A stretch of 60,764 nt of DNA, filler included, from Globobulimina sp. (taxonomy: Eukaryota): the NCBI GenBank assembly GCA_003354225.1. It is 14 parts of 14 records of this genome, joined end to end, with 100 filler letters (N's around TTAATTAATTAA, not from the genome) between each part and the next. Parts side by side here need not be neighbours in the genome. Positions count along the whole stretch, not along the records: positions 21,759 to 26,006 come from PIVH01001419.1; positions 26,107 to 30,354 come from PIVH01001420.1; positions 30,455 to 34,701 come from PIVH01001421.1; positions 34,802 to 39,047 come from PIVH01001422.1; 10 more parts are not named here. One strand, 5' to 3'. The notes beneath the pieces are model-generated. The model was not told the DNA's origin and made no database searches. It saw nothing but the letters and a program-made list of their open reading frames with translations. Positions 23,059-34,846 of the stretch are shown here, piece after piece (position 1 is the stretch's first letter; each line of letters opens with the position of its first letter). The position numbers and the translations under genes were made by a program.

Positions 23059-25478
23059 ATGCTGTTAATCAAGACACATACAGCAGTCACCAATTCCACC
23101 GCAGTGCAATTAATCAAACAATTATTTGCATCTCGAGACAAAAACATAAATCCAAACGTTGTTAAAGAGGCATTGGATATTTATAACCGGATTGATGGAA
23201 AACGAAATTATTTGGTAATCAATGCCTTATTGAGACTGTATTTACATTACAATCATCCACAAAACATACTGTTAATATGGGACGACCTTGAAATGGCAAA
23301 CAGTGACATTGAGTATGACATATTCATCCAATGTTGCTCCAAAATTAATGATAATCTCCTTTTCGATTTCCATAAAAGTATGCAATCATTGTCGTGGATC
23401 CAACAGAACAAATATTACAATCACAATCTGAATGCACAAAAATTGAAAAATTATTCAATCTTTGTCTCTAAATCAGTGGCAAACTGCAATACGCTGTCTC
23501 AGCTGCAACATATTGACTCATTAATTGCTGCCAATTGCAACCAAGATATATTTATTCAAACTGCGTTAATTAATGCTTATAATAAGTTTGGTCGCATTGG
23601 TAATGCATTCGATATATTTAATTCCATAAACAATTCCGAAAAAGACGGTGTATGCATCAATGGAATGATGACAGGTTTGTCGCACAATGGATATCCACGC
23701 AAAGCCTTACAAATCTACGACGAACACTGCGACCTCCAATGGACACGCAACAGCCACATATTTTATATGGTGGCAATTAAATGTTGCATAAAGACAAATG
23801 ATTTCGAAAAAGGAAAACAAATCCATTCACTTAACATTAAGCCGTCATTGTGCCACAATGCAATGTTAGCAACCACTTTGATTGATTTCTATGGACATTT
23901 TTGTGATTTTGCGGCTGCAGAAAACATATTTAATGCAATTAATAACAAGAAAAAAGATGAATTTATGATAGCGTCAATGATGAAATGTTTACTAAATAAT
24001 GGTTGTAATGAGAAAGCATTAGAAGTATATGATAAATATCCACAGCTTCAAGATATTATTTTGCATTCTTATGCACTGAAAGCATGCGTGGCGGTGCATA
24101 CTTTTGACAGAGGAATATTAATTATTGCGCAGCATTTGCATTTGGATGACATGTACAATGACAATGACAATAGAGCTAAATGTAAAGATTTGGTGAATTC
24201 GACGTTGATTGAATTCTATGGTCACTTTGGTTGCATTAATGACGTAATGAATGTATTCGATTTGATTCCGGAGAACGAGAAGGATGTTTTTTGTGTTGGT
24301 GCTGTAATGAAAGCGTTGATTAATAATAATGAAAATAAAAAAGCACTGTCAATATATGATAAATTTGATAATTTAGTTGATGATAAATCTCACGTATTAG
24401 CGCTGAAAGCTTGCTCCAATATTAATGAGTTTGACAGTGGACAGAATATAATTAATTGTCATTTTGCAAATGCACAAACACAAAGTTATAGCATTGAAGT
24501 GCTGACCACATTAATTGACTTTTATGGCAATTTTGGAGAGATAGTGGAAGCAAACAAACTTTTTGAATCCATTGATGCGACCCAGAAGAACATTGCGTGC
24601 GTCAATGCTATGATGAATGTGCAGTGCGGAAATAATTTGAATAAAGAATGTATTCAATTGTTTCATTGTATTCGCGATTTAAGACTGAACGCAAACAGTT
24701 TATCCTATACCATTGCGTTGAAAGCATGCACTCAATCTACATTGCTCCATTCTGGAATGGATATTCATAGCGATTTATGCGAGAATAACATTCATTTGTT
24801 ATGCGATTTAGCAATACAAATATGTTTGATTGGAATGTATGGCAAATGTGGCCAATTGGAGGCCTGTAAAACAATATTTGATGAGATTAAAAAAACAGAT
24901 TTCAAACGATATCGCGGTGAAATTCGCATTTGGAATGCACTCATTCATGCATATGGTATGTGAATGTCTGGTCAATGATGTTATGTTCATTTCATTGTAT
25001 TGTTTTCTTGTATTAATATTACGTAGGAAGGAATGGTGATATTCGCGATGCGATGAAGACGTATTATATTATGACTGATGGTATTGGATTGGGTGCAGAT
25101 TATAAAACATTTATTGTGTTATTAAATTGCTGCGGTCATGCGGGGGAACTAGAGATTGCACACAATTTATGGCATAATGAGATCAGTGAAGAGATGAAAG
25201 TTTGTGTGGTTGCGAGTTACATTGATTGTATATCGCGAAAGGAATATTTGAAGGAAGCGTATGAATTGGCATTATTTTATGATAGATCGACAATGCAAAA
25301 TAGAGAAACAGACAATAAAATGATGTGGATGACTGTCTTAAATGCATGCACTAAATATAAAAATAATGAATTGTCGGAAATAGTTTATCATGAAATTAAA
25401 CAAAGATATGGTCAAACATTGAAACATAAAGATTTTATGTCTGCTGCGTCCCAGTTATTATCTAATATGTACGCATAA
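23059..25478 (+). CDS. PLS-class PPR protein with E-domain-like C-terminus, no DYW
   Basis: Repeating P-L-S triplets (TALINAYNKFG, TTLIDFYGHF, CLIGMYGKCG, WNALIHAYG). Intron 24956-25026. Ends WMTVLNAC...LLSNMYA*. Confidence 0.88.
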
Positions 25479-26296
25479 ATGTTATGTGTTGTATTAGAAA
25501 TGCATTGCTTTGACGTCATGCTTAGTGTGGTTGTAAAGTGCAAAGAAATTCTAAATACAAGATTTGATTGGTAACGTACAAAATTACATTACTGACTCAT
25601 TTGGAACCATAAAAAAAGTTTTTAAGATACTTGATTTTGATCATTTGTGGCCCCCCCTGATCCCCCCATATAGGATTGAAAACCATGCACATATATAAAC
25701 AGAATCTAAAATTGTAAATCAACGTGATGTGAAAGATATGGTCAAACATGGTGTTGGTTTGGTTTGGTGGTGATATTCGATGACAAATGTTTGTAGGGAA
25801 AATAGGGAATACTAAAATTAATTTATATAAGTAATAGAAATAACACTGTGTAGGGCCAGAGAATTATTGTGTTACGCACCCTCTGCCATCAATAATACCC
25901 AGTCATTAAAATTGAACACAGAAAAGTTTTTGATGAAAAGAAACGAAAAACACTCAAAGCACTAACACAAAACATAAATGTTAAAAATGAAGTAGTTTCC
26001 GCGCAGNNNNNNNNNNNNNNNNNNNNNNNNNNNNNNNNNNNNNNNNNNNNTTAATTAATTAANNNNNNNNNNNNNNNNNNNNNNNNNNNNNNNNNNNNNN
26101 NNNNNNTGTACAACAGAAACATAATTTATTTCATGTACAAACATACCTGATAATCATAGCTGTTATGTGTTGAAAGAATTTTTGAATTCCATTGAATTCT
26201 CTTGAATCTAGCCTTATATTATCATGTCATACAAATCCTAATTGCTTAGTTCCTGTACTACCTTAATGATTGTATCATTGCCTAATTCTGGGAACA

Positions 26297-27242
26297 TTAA
26301 ATTACTCTAAATCCGCATACCTCTTCGATACGTTTGTACATAAAAATATCTTCATTTTCAAGATTATGTATCACAATATTTTCAAACATAAACTCAAATT
26401 GAGTTTTTTCAATGGCTGGCAATGATCGCCAATACTGACCCTTTGTCATACATGAATTTGCTAATTCGCTCATTACAATTCCACGCCGCGACTCATATTC
26501 ACCCCATACTGATAAAATTGAACTTAGTTTAAATACAAATTGAGACTGATAATTATTAAATTTTAATTCCTCGCACATTCTATGTAATTTCGGCCGAATT
26601 GTCGAAATCCGTCTTTTTAAAACATTGTCAAAATCCCTCATTAATTTCAGAGAGAGACGGTGATTACACATCGCCTGCATATTGCCAATAAATACGATAT
26701 AATAATAATCTGAGTTTTTTATAAATCGATCCAAATTCCAACGGCGGCGGAATCATTCGCAAAGGATACGGCATATTTGACCACCAACGAACAAATTCTT
26801 CAGTTTCATAATCTCGGCAAATTCGTATACATGTTTGAAATGTGGCATGTTCCGCCAACAAGTCATATTTCTCTTTAATCGTTAATAACTGGGCAGTGTG
26901 TCTCGGTTTTGCCTCTTCTTCTTCTTCTTCTTCTTCTTCGAGGAAAGTTGATAGTGTCGCGTTATCTTCGTTTGCTTGTTCTGGTTCTGGCGTTATTTCT
27001 GGGTCTGGACTCATTTCTGGTTCTAAACTCATTTCTGGTTCTCGACATATTTTGGCTTCATCCATTTTAATATCCGAATCATACAAAATTTCATCTTTTT
27101 CGTCGTCGTCATACCCTGAATCAAATGATGACGCTTCGTGATCTTCGTCGTCTTCGGCCATATCAATATCTGTCGGTGAACTCCTGTTTATTTTTATTAT
27201 TGTATTATTAATAGAATTTGTATTATTTAGTATAGATAACAT
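26297..27242 (-). pseudogene. Frameshifted gene with acidic N-terminus and a C-terminus loosely resembling viral VLTF3
   Basis: Two overlapping ORFs join if one T is removed near 26735 (PPPLE-LDRFIK). EPEMS-type repeats in the N-terminal part. Confidence 0.45.
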
Positions 27243-27394
27243 GCCTTAAATTATACGGATGCGATATCGATGTCGTCATATCATTTGAATCTGAGTCTGA
27301 TATCCAATAATCACTTTCTTCATTACTCTCCAATGACAATCGTTTCATTGGCCGCCACAATTCGTGTTCGATTTTTTTATACCTCGCCATTTAA

Positions 27395-27535
27395 TGATCT
27401 ATGGTCGCTTGGCTGTATTATGCATTTATTGTTACGGGGGATATTGCCGTTTGATGGGCACACTAAGGACGAGGTGGTGGAGAAGACATTGAATAAGAAT
27501 TTGGATTTATCGCATCCAAAATGGGATAAATATAA
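27395..27535 (+). pseudogene. Ser/Thr kinase fragment (subdomains IX-X, CAMK-like)
   Basis: DLWSLGCIMHLLLRGILPFDG; no other kinase subdomains nearby. Confidence 0.7.
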
Positions 27536-27630
27536 CGGATTATTTTTAGATCCTAGTCATGATGTCGGGCAGATTATTCTTAGTCGGGCAGATTATTCTT
27601 AGATCCATATAAACCATATCCATATCCATG

Positions 27631-27712
27631 CCACCACCGTAGGATTCGAACCTACATCCATTTGGTTTGCTTTCCATTCAAACCAATGCTCTGCCAATTG
27701 AGCTAGGTGCTT
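27631..27712 (-). pseudogene. tRNA-like element (pseudo-tRNA or SINE head) with enlarged anticodon loop
   Basis: D arm GCTC-AATTGGCA-GAGC; T arm GTAGG-TTCGAAT-CCTAC; anticodon stem TTGGT/ACCAA around a 15-nt loop; acceptor stem has 2 mismatches. Confidence 0.65.
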
Positions 27713-28124
27713 ATCTAATTCCAATGTGGAGGACTATTTTTCAAATGAATTATAAGTTTTTTAATCAGGTCAAGTGATGAGTAGAATGAGTACTTTTAAT
27801 TAATCCACGCTCCCAGCAGGCAATTGACTAAGTGCTTTTTGAGTATTTAAAAAAAAGTTAGTTGGCAGTAGTCAATTTGTGGATTTAATACTTTAAGAAT
27901 TTACAACTTTTGGGTTTTAGTCCCTGTAATAGCAAAGTTGCAAATCCTTTAATCTTCAATGCGTAAAATACCATGGAAAACCGACAATGATTTTTGAAAC
28001 CAGTTTAAATTAATCTTCTTATAAGTTATAAAAACAAAGAACAAACACGACACAAAATGAGAATTATAACAAATAAAATATAAAATTAGGTATTCAGAAT
28101 GGTCTGAAATAAAATATGAGAATG

Positions 28125-30058
28125 TCACATAGTTTGTATTTCCACATTTTCATGTTCTTCTCTGGTTGGAACTTTTTGAAAATCCCCTTTTTCTTTATCT
28201 CCCTCATAAATCTCTGTCCAAGTTGCCATTTTTTCGTCCGCTGAACGTATTTCTTCGTCCGTAAAGCGCACAAACAACGTTGTAAATGATATGAGAAATA
28301 CAAACACTCCCAAAATTAACCAGGCAGCAAAATAGGACACAGTCGTCGGGACATTTGTAAATATCGCAAATGCAAATAACATAGCACCCATATTACCGCC
28401 GGCACCAACAATGCCTGAAACAGGTCCAATTGCTACGGAATTATTAATTCATATTTGTAGTAAACCAAACAAATAACAAAACAAATGAAATGAAATACAA
28501 TTTACCTTTGGGTTGAATGAAAGGTACAATCGCAAAAGTTGCGCCTTCTGCAGCTTGGACACATAAACTAAACATAATTAATGTAAATATGGTATATCCT
28601 AACTTATTAATCATAGTCTCGTGCGCTCCCAAAGCAAATAAAATTAAAAATATCGATTCAATAAATAAGATAATACACAATGAATACACGCGTCCATTCA
28701 ATGACTTCTCCACGAATCGCGATACGAGATCTGCAATAACACCACCTATGGAGCGAGCAAATAAATTACACAAAGAAAAGCATAAAATAATAAAGCCAGC
28801 CACTGCCTGATCCAACGCAAACTGGTGCATTAAATATGAGACAGCAAATCGTAAGACAGTCAATTCAATACCAAAGCAGGCAGCGTACCCTCCAAATAAT
28901 ATCCATGTGCGATAGTCGCACGCCCCAATTCTTAATACATTGTCGCCGCCACTACCTCCACCACCACCACCTTTCCCTTTGTTACTGAGTGCCGCTGCCG
29001 CAGCAGCAGCCTCGTGGTCGAAATCAATTGCCTGCGTTGGCATACCTCCTCGAACATTGCCCTTGCCCTTAATCGGTGGCTTATCCGTTGTAAATGCATA
29101 ATATACGACACACATAACAAGATAGGACAAAGCAGGCATAATCATACACAGTCTCCAGCCTTGGCTGCTCGATAAACCACCGGTTTCGGTAAAAAGATTG
29201 AATAATAACGGCATGAAAAAATTGGCACATCCACCACCAAAATTGCCCCATCCAGCTGAGGTAGCATTGGCAGTCCCTACGGTCTTACCCGCAAACATGG
29301 CAGTTGTGTGGTACTGAGTGATGACAAAAGAGGCACCCACAATGCCAATGAGTAGGGAGACTACAATGTAACCAGTCGGGGTTTGAACCAATGCCTTTGT
29401 TATATTTATATTTATGTGTTATATACAAATTAATTTGGTGCAGAAAAACACACCATTCCAGCCACAGGAAACGCCGAAACTAATAACAGACAAACATAGC
29501 TGTTTGGTTTTTTTTGTGTTTTTTTTGATCGGCAGAATCGATTTAGATACGGAGATATACCTTTTTTTTGGGCCAATATGATCACATAAAACACCAATAA
29601 GTACTCGGAAAACAACAGTGGATGCAACGGAACAACCACCGGCAATTGCTTTATCAACAGATGTCAATCCGAGGTCAGCCTGGATTTGGGGGTATAAACT
29701 AAATATACATTATGTGATTTAGATGGGTTATTACAACACGGTATACACTCAAATGATTCGACTGAACTATCATTGTAAGTCAAAGTTTGAGTGTATGTAT
29801 GCTTATTTTATTATTGTGGTTCAGAAATTATATAACTTGGCAGTACCAAACCATCCAAAGAAGCACAACCAAAAAGTGAACCATGTAATATGAAATACGC
29901 GTATGTGTATTGTTTGACCTTTTGAGAGTAGAAGGTGCAGTATATACTGTATGTAATGTGTAATTGTCAGATAAAGACATACAATGACATAGCCATAGGC
30001 GGGTTGCTTGGCCTAATTGATTTGTGTGCATTTCCTCCTTTGAGCAACACATATGCAT
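28125..30058 (-). CDS. NRT2: High-affinity nitrate/nitrite transporter (NNP family, MFS), 6 exons
   Basis: HIRVFHITWFTFWLCFFGWF; nitrate signatures VGTANATSAGWGNFGGG and VSGIVGAGGN; ACFGIEL; NLFARSIGG. GT-AG introns 29919-29982, 29699-29836, 29500-29560, 29395-29453 and 28433-28505 all restore frame. Confidence 0.95.
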
Positions 30059-30544
30059 TTTTGATATGTTAATATGATATAGATCAGATGTTTATGAATA
30101 TGAATATGAATTATGAATTAAATTTGACTTCCCTTGAATGAACGAAAGGATGTGACAGATTTAGAGTATCCAGAAAAGAGTTTTTTTTTTGAGTCGCAAT
30201 TAACTGAAAACGTTTTTGCATCGTGTTATAAAATTATGTTACAATTGTCCCATTTTAATTAATTTTGTACTAGGTTGTTTATAATACATTTTAATCAAAA
30301 TATGTGTCTCATCCAATCCTATGTCAGTTTCAGCTTTAACGACTTCATTTTTTANNNNNNNNNNNNNNNNNNNNNNNNNNNNNNNNNNNNNNNNNNNNTT
30401 AATTAATTAANNNNNNNNNNNNNNNNNNNNNNNNNNNNNNNNNNNNNNNNNNNNGAATTATACCACATACCGAATTGACTCAAATCTTGATTCAATTGTT
30501 TATGCAAAGAAAAACATTTTTTCTTCATTAACCTTGCCATTTTT

Positions 30545-32191
30545 TCATAATAATTCACCTTCATTTTGTGGTTGAAAAGCTATTATATTCGAACCCAAAA
30601 TGGATAGAATAAATACCTTTGTTTGCAAACTAAACACTTGCTTCGATTTCATGGTCACTCCGTCCAATCTCGCTTCATAATCTTTTAACTTTGCGTTATA
30701 GTCAAAATTTTTCGTTTTTAGTTTACTAATTTCTGCCTGCAAACATTCCACCGTTTTGTTTTTAGACTCATTCTGTGCTTGTTCCATAATTATAATATTA
30801 TCGGACGAATGCGAAGATGAACAATTTGAAGAATCGTCCGATATTTGATGCAGTATAACCGTGCCATTACTGGTTATTTTTTCAAAACTGGCAATCTTAT
30901 CAATCAGCTCATCATCGTCCATAATATCCTCATCCAATATATTTTTGTGTTGATTCGATTTAATGGCAGCCAAAGACTCTTCAAATTGACCAAATCGCGC
31001 CGATAACTCATTAAATTGCTGACTCATTTCAGTCTGAATGGTATTTTTAATCATTTTCTGCAGCGAATCTGTCAACTCTGACATTGTGTTTTCAGCACTG
31101 TTCTTTTTATTTTTTTTATGCGGATTTGCAATTTCCGCAGCAATGTAAGAATACATATCGTTCAACCATCCGCCAACAGATTCGTACTCTAATACATATT
31201 TTAGAAATTCTTGTATGGTCAATACCTCATAATTATTCTCCAAAATCCTCTCAAAATCCTCCACTGCGAACTTTCGAAATTTTTTGAAAGATTTATTCTG
31301 TCGAATATTATGAACAAAGTCGAACCAGGATAACTGCACAAATTCCAACTCATTTTTAGGAAATAAATGCATCCAAAATATCAATAAATTTTTATTTTTA
31401 TGAAATTGCAAAAATAATTGCTTTGCGCGGATCAATGCGTATAAAATAATGGAAGAATGTGCCTCGATGTTTGTGATTAATATATCGATGTTGTTTTTTA
31501 TTTTACTGATTTGTTGCTTATATCTCAATATTTGCGGCGAGCGATGATATCTTTTTAATTTATTAAATGATTTAATAATGGAAACCAACATTGCATCCAA
31601 TTCAAATAATTTTATCTTACACACAGGTAATAAGAATAATAATTTATATTCAATGAAAGCGTGATGCAAAGAAGTGCATAGATTATAAATTTTATTGCTT
31701 CGCACGGATTTATTTTTAAATATAAATTGCAAATCGTTTTCGATGCGGTCGAGTAAGACATTGACCTCTTTTGGTTTGTTCCTATTTGTTTGGAAATAAT
31801 TTTGAAAATATGATTTTTTTTTAGTTTTCAATGATTTGGGCACTTCAATTTCAAACGGTGATTTTGCTTCATTTTCTTCATTTTTATGTGTTTCTGTTTC
31901 TTTGGCCATCATATTATGTGAATATATCGGTGAGGTACAGGTTTTTTGTAACATTGAGATATTGTCATTATCATTTTCATTTTTGATGGTAATTTTTTCA
32001 CTTTTTGTTTTGTTTTTCTTTTTCTGGGATTTGGGTCTTGGGATATTTACATGTGATTTGTTTTTTTTCTGGGTATTGCTTGTTTTCTTGCGCATACGTT
32101 TTAATATTAATTTCTTTTTTTTGTTACGAGTATTGGTGCACGGATTTGATGCTGCTACAGTTGCATTGGCATCGTTGTTTGTCGGGTACAT
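30545..32191 (-). CDS. Hypothetical protein (Lys-rich N-terminus, C-terminal coiled coil; probably continues past an intron)
   Basis: 548-aa open frame. Confidence 0.55.
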   Translation of the reverse strand: MYPTNNDANATVAASNPCTNTRNKKKKLILKRMRKKTSNTQKKNKSHVNIPRPKSQKKKNKTKSEKITIKNENDNDNISMLQKTCTSPIYSHNMMAKETETHKNEENEAKSPFEIEVPKSLKTKKKSYFQNYFQTNRNKPKEVNVLLDRIENDLQFIFKNKSVRSNKIYNLCTSLHHAFIEYKLLFLLPVCKIKLFELDAMLVSIIKSFNKLKRYHRSPQILRYKQQISKIKNNIDILITNIEAHSSIILYALIRAKQLFLQFHKNKNLLIFWMHLFPKNELEFVQLSWFDFVHNIRQNKSFKKFRKFAVEDFERILENNYEVLTIQEFLKYVLEYESVGGWLNDMYSYIAAEIANPHKKNKKNSAENTMSELTDSLQKMIKNTIQTEMSQQFNELSARFGQFEESLAAIKSNQHKNILDEDIMDDDELIDKIASFEKITSNGTVILHQISDDSSNCSSSHSSDNIIIMEQAQNESKNKTVECLQAEISKLKTKNFDYNAKLKDYEARLDGVTMKSKQVFSLQTKVFILSILGSNIIAFQPQNEGELL

Positions 32192-32293
32192 TCTCAGTCG
32201 CCACTGAACTAAAAAACTCCTCCAAAATGATTTACATAAAAATAGTGTGCAAGGATTTATTTACTGCATGGATAGTTATATAACATCAATTAT

Positions 32294-33076
32294 TCAATTT
32301 ACAGCAAATACTTCATATTCGTCCACACCAAAATAGTACGTATTTATGCTTTTTTCATTACCACCACATAATTGATTGAAGGTATAAGCATAAGTCCCGG
32401 CTGTTTTCTCCTTCCATCCATAACTCCTCGATCCATAGTCCAAATCATCGTATCTTGGAATATTACACTTGTCTGCAATGGATATATCAGCACCTATACA
32501 TATATACATTGTATTTCTATGACATCAACAAATGTATATAAACGCAGCTAGCAAACCTTGACCAAACACAGGTCCCCTTGTAGGTGAATGGATGACTGCA
32601 GTCGAAGGATGAACACAGTCAAATATAACCGGACATTTCTGTGTTTCAATGCTAGACCGTATCAAAAACAGAAATGCATTCAAATCTTTACCTCCATCCT
32701 TGCCAGGATTAGACCTCCATTTTACAGTGGTATAACCTCCAAAAATATTACCAAAATCACTTTGCACAATAACCAATGTTGGTGCCTTACCATTGCATAA
32801 TTCATGGAATTTATGTGCAGAATATTTATTCTCCGAACCTCTGTATAGTAACACAATGTCCTTTACGTTGATATCTTTTATCTTTGTCTTTGATAACAAC
32901 TCAATGAATTGCATTTCCTCCGACAGTGTCAACATATTCGAACCAATAAACTGTTTTGCAAATTCGGTTATTGTGTGTTTTATTGCAGCTGGGATGTATA
33001 TATTCCACACTTCTTCAATTTGCTCACGAATATAGCCCCACACAACATATTCCCTTGCAATTGGTATCGACGACAT
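32294..33076 (-). CDS. TLDc-domain protein
   Basis: LLYRGSEN, FHELCNGKAPTL, GNIFGGYT, AFLF, GPVFG.G.DI, EYEVF. Intron 32494-32556. Confidence 0.9.
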
Positions 33077-33151
33077 TATCAAAATTAAAGAAAAAGTTTT
33101 TAAGTGCGGTGAGAATAAAAAGATTTTGTTCAGAAATCTAGCTTGCACAAA

Positions 33152-34321
33152 ATGTCAAGTGTTGCAGATGAAGGGCGCGATGTGTATTTGACCTTTTTCC
33201 CATTATATAGTGTAGGATCAATTTATATCGGTGCATTGTGGCTAGCATTAGTGTACAAACTGTTTATTAAAAATCAATATGAATTTGGCAGTGACTCTTC
33301 ATACTGTTTTTATCGCGTCACGGCATTGATTTGTTTCTCTGGTTGTTTAGGAACTGCTATTTTGGACACAACACATTTATATTTGTGTTATCTATACAAT
33401 TATTATATGTTATCAGTCAAATTGAATATTGTAAAAGCAGTGGCAGATTTTTTATATTTTATCGCATCCTTATCATTAAATATTATATTATTTGGAAGGG
33501 TTTATTACACCTTTCAATTGTCCTATTTTGCATTATCAAAATGCACCATATTTTGTATATGCATTCAAATCGTCTCATCCGCTGCCATTGATTTAGCTTA
33601 TTGTGTTGTTGTTTTTTTCTGTGGCTCTGATGAAGAAAAAGCAGACGGATTTATAAAGCCATTGGTCATTGCCTTGATTGTGAACGATTTGTTGATCTCC
33701 ATTTCTATGCTATATGTGTTTTCGTATAAACTCAAAGAGATTATAATAATGACAAATACATTGACTCATTGTGTATATCAGTCACAAAAAGAAAAATTTC
33801 GTAAATTTAAAGAGATTTCGTCTGTAAATATTAAATTTGATTCTTACGATAGGAAGCCAGAAAAATCGTTATTGTCATCAGATAAAATAACATGTACAAT
33901 AAATGACGGTCCGCGGACAATAAGCATCAGCAGACCGTCGTCGATGGTCGCACAGAGAAACAGTGACACTGTGCATTTGGATGCAATTCAATTAGATACT
34001 TTGGTGGTGGTTACAAGACATACGATTTTATCTGGATTTGCGATATTTTTTAATCAGTTATATTATGGATTTAATTATATTTCAATGAGAAAGGAATGGG
34101 AGAATTCGTATCGATTTGGTATATTGGTATATGGATTGCGAATGATCGGCATGATTGGAGTTACGACATCGTTGTATTTTAGCATGAAATTTGCGAAGGA
34201 GTCGTATTTTAAATGTTGCGCCTGTTGCCATCTAACGTGCTATAAATGCTGTGTAAGATGCACAAAAACTACCATATCACAAAAAAGAAAAATGTTATCT
34301 CAAAAAAGGGAACAGATATAA
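33152..34321 (+). CDS. Orphan 7TM protein with Cys-rich tail
   Basis: Seven hydrophobic segments, long loop between TM5 and TM6, tail YFKCCACCHLTCYKCC. Confidence 0.65.
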   Translation: MSSVADEGRDVYLTFFPLYSVGSIYIGALWLALVYKLFIKNQYEFGSDSSYCFYRVTALICFSGCLGTAILDTTHLYLCYLYNYYMLSVKLNIVKAVADFLYFIASLSLNIILFGRVYYTFQLSYFALSKCTIFCICIQIVSSAAIDLAYCVVVFFCGSDEEKADGFIKPLVIALIVNDLLISISMLYVFSYKLKEIIIMTNTLTHCVYQSQKEKFRKFKEISSVNIKFDSYDRKPEKSLLSSDKITCTINDGPRTISISRPSSMVAQRNSDTVHLDAIQLDTLVVVTRHTILSGFAIFFNQLYYGFNYISMRKEWENSYRFGILVYGLRMIGMIGVTTSLYFSMKFAKESYFKCCACCHLTCYKCCVRCTKTTISQKRKMLSQKREQI

Positions 34322-34433
34322 TTCACATTGCATATTGTTTTAATGTTTGTTTTGTCAAATATTTGTTAGCGTAAATCAAAAAAGTCATCATTATTTAATT
34401 TTGAATGGTATCCGTTTCTTATGAGATTGCATA

Positions 34434-34562
34434 CTTTAGAATAGGACCTGTTTAGAACACTTTTCTTTTGAAATTGTATACCTTATCCTAGCACTGTATG
34501 TAAATCGCCATAGGATTTTAAATTGTTTAAACGCGGTATTCTAAACACGTCCTATTCTAAAG
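34434..34562. mobile_element. 129-bp MITE with 24-bp TIRs and TA target-site duplication (Tc1/mariner-type)
   Basis: TA|CTTTAGAATAGGACCTGTTTAGAA ... TTCTAAACACGTCCTATTCTAAAG|TA; the TIRs differ at 1 position. Confidence 0.75.
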
Positions 34563-34846
34563 TATATATAGTTTATTGTTTGTTGTTTGTGCCCGCAACG
34601 CTCAGAGGTACTGCAATACTGAGGTCACGTTTATGCGATCATTCAAAGTCTGCTGGCAAGCCGAGCACAAAGGAGCTACACAGTGGAAGTCCAAAACTGT
34701 TNNNNNNNNNNNNNNNNNNNNNNNNNNNNNNNNNNNNNNNNNNNNTTAATTAATTAANNNNNNNNNNNNNNNNNNNNNNNNNNNNNNNNNNNNNNNNNNN
34801 NGTATAATACCATCTAGTATCCAGGCTGTACGCGAAGGTAACGCTC

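Noticed and set aside
27800-27890. Degenerate inverted repeat (TTAATCCAC..AATTGACTA / TAGTCAATTTGTGGATTTAA)
   Set aside because: Too interrupted, and no clear TSD, to call a MITE from one copy.
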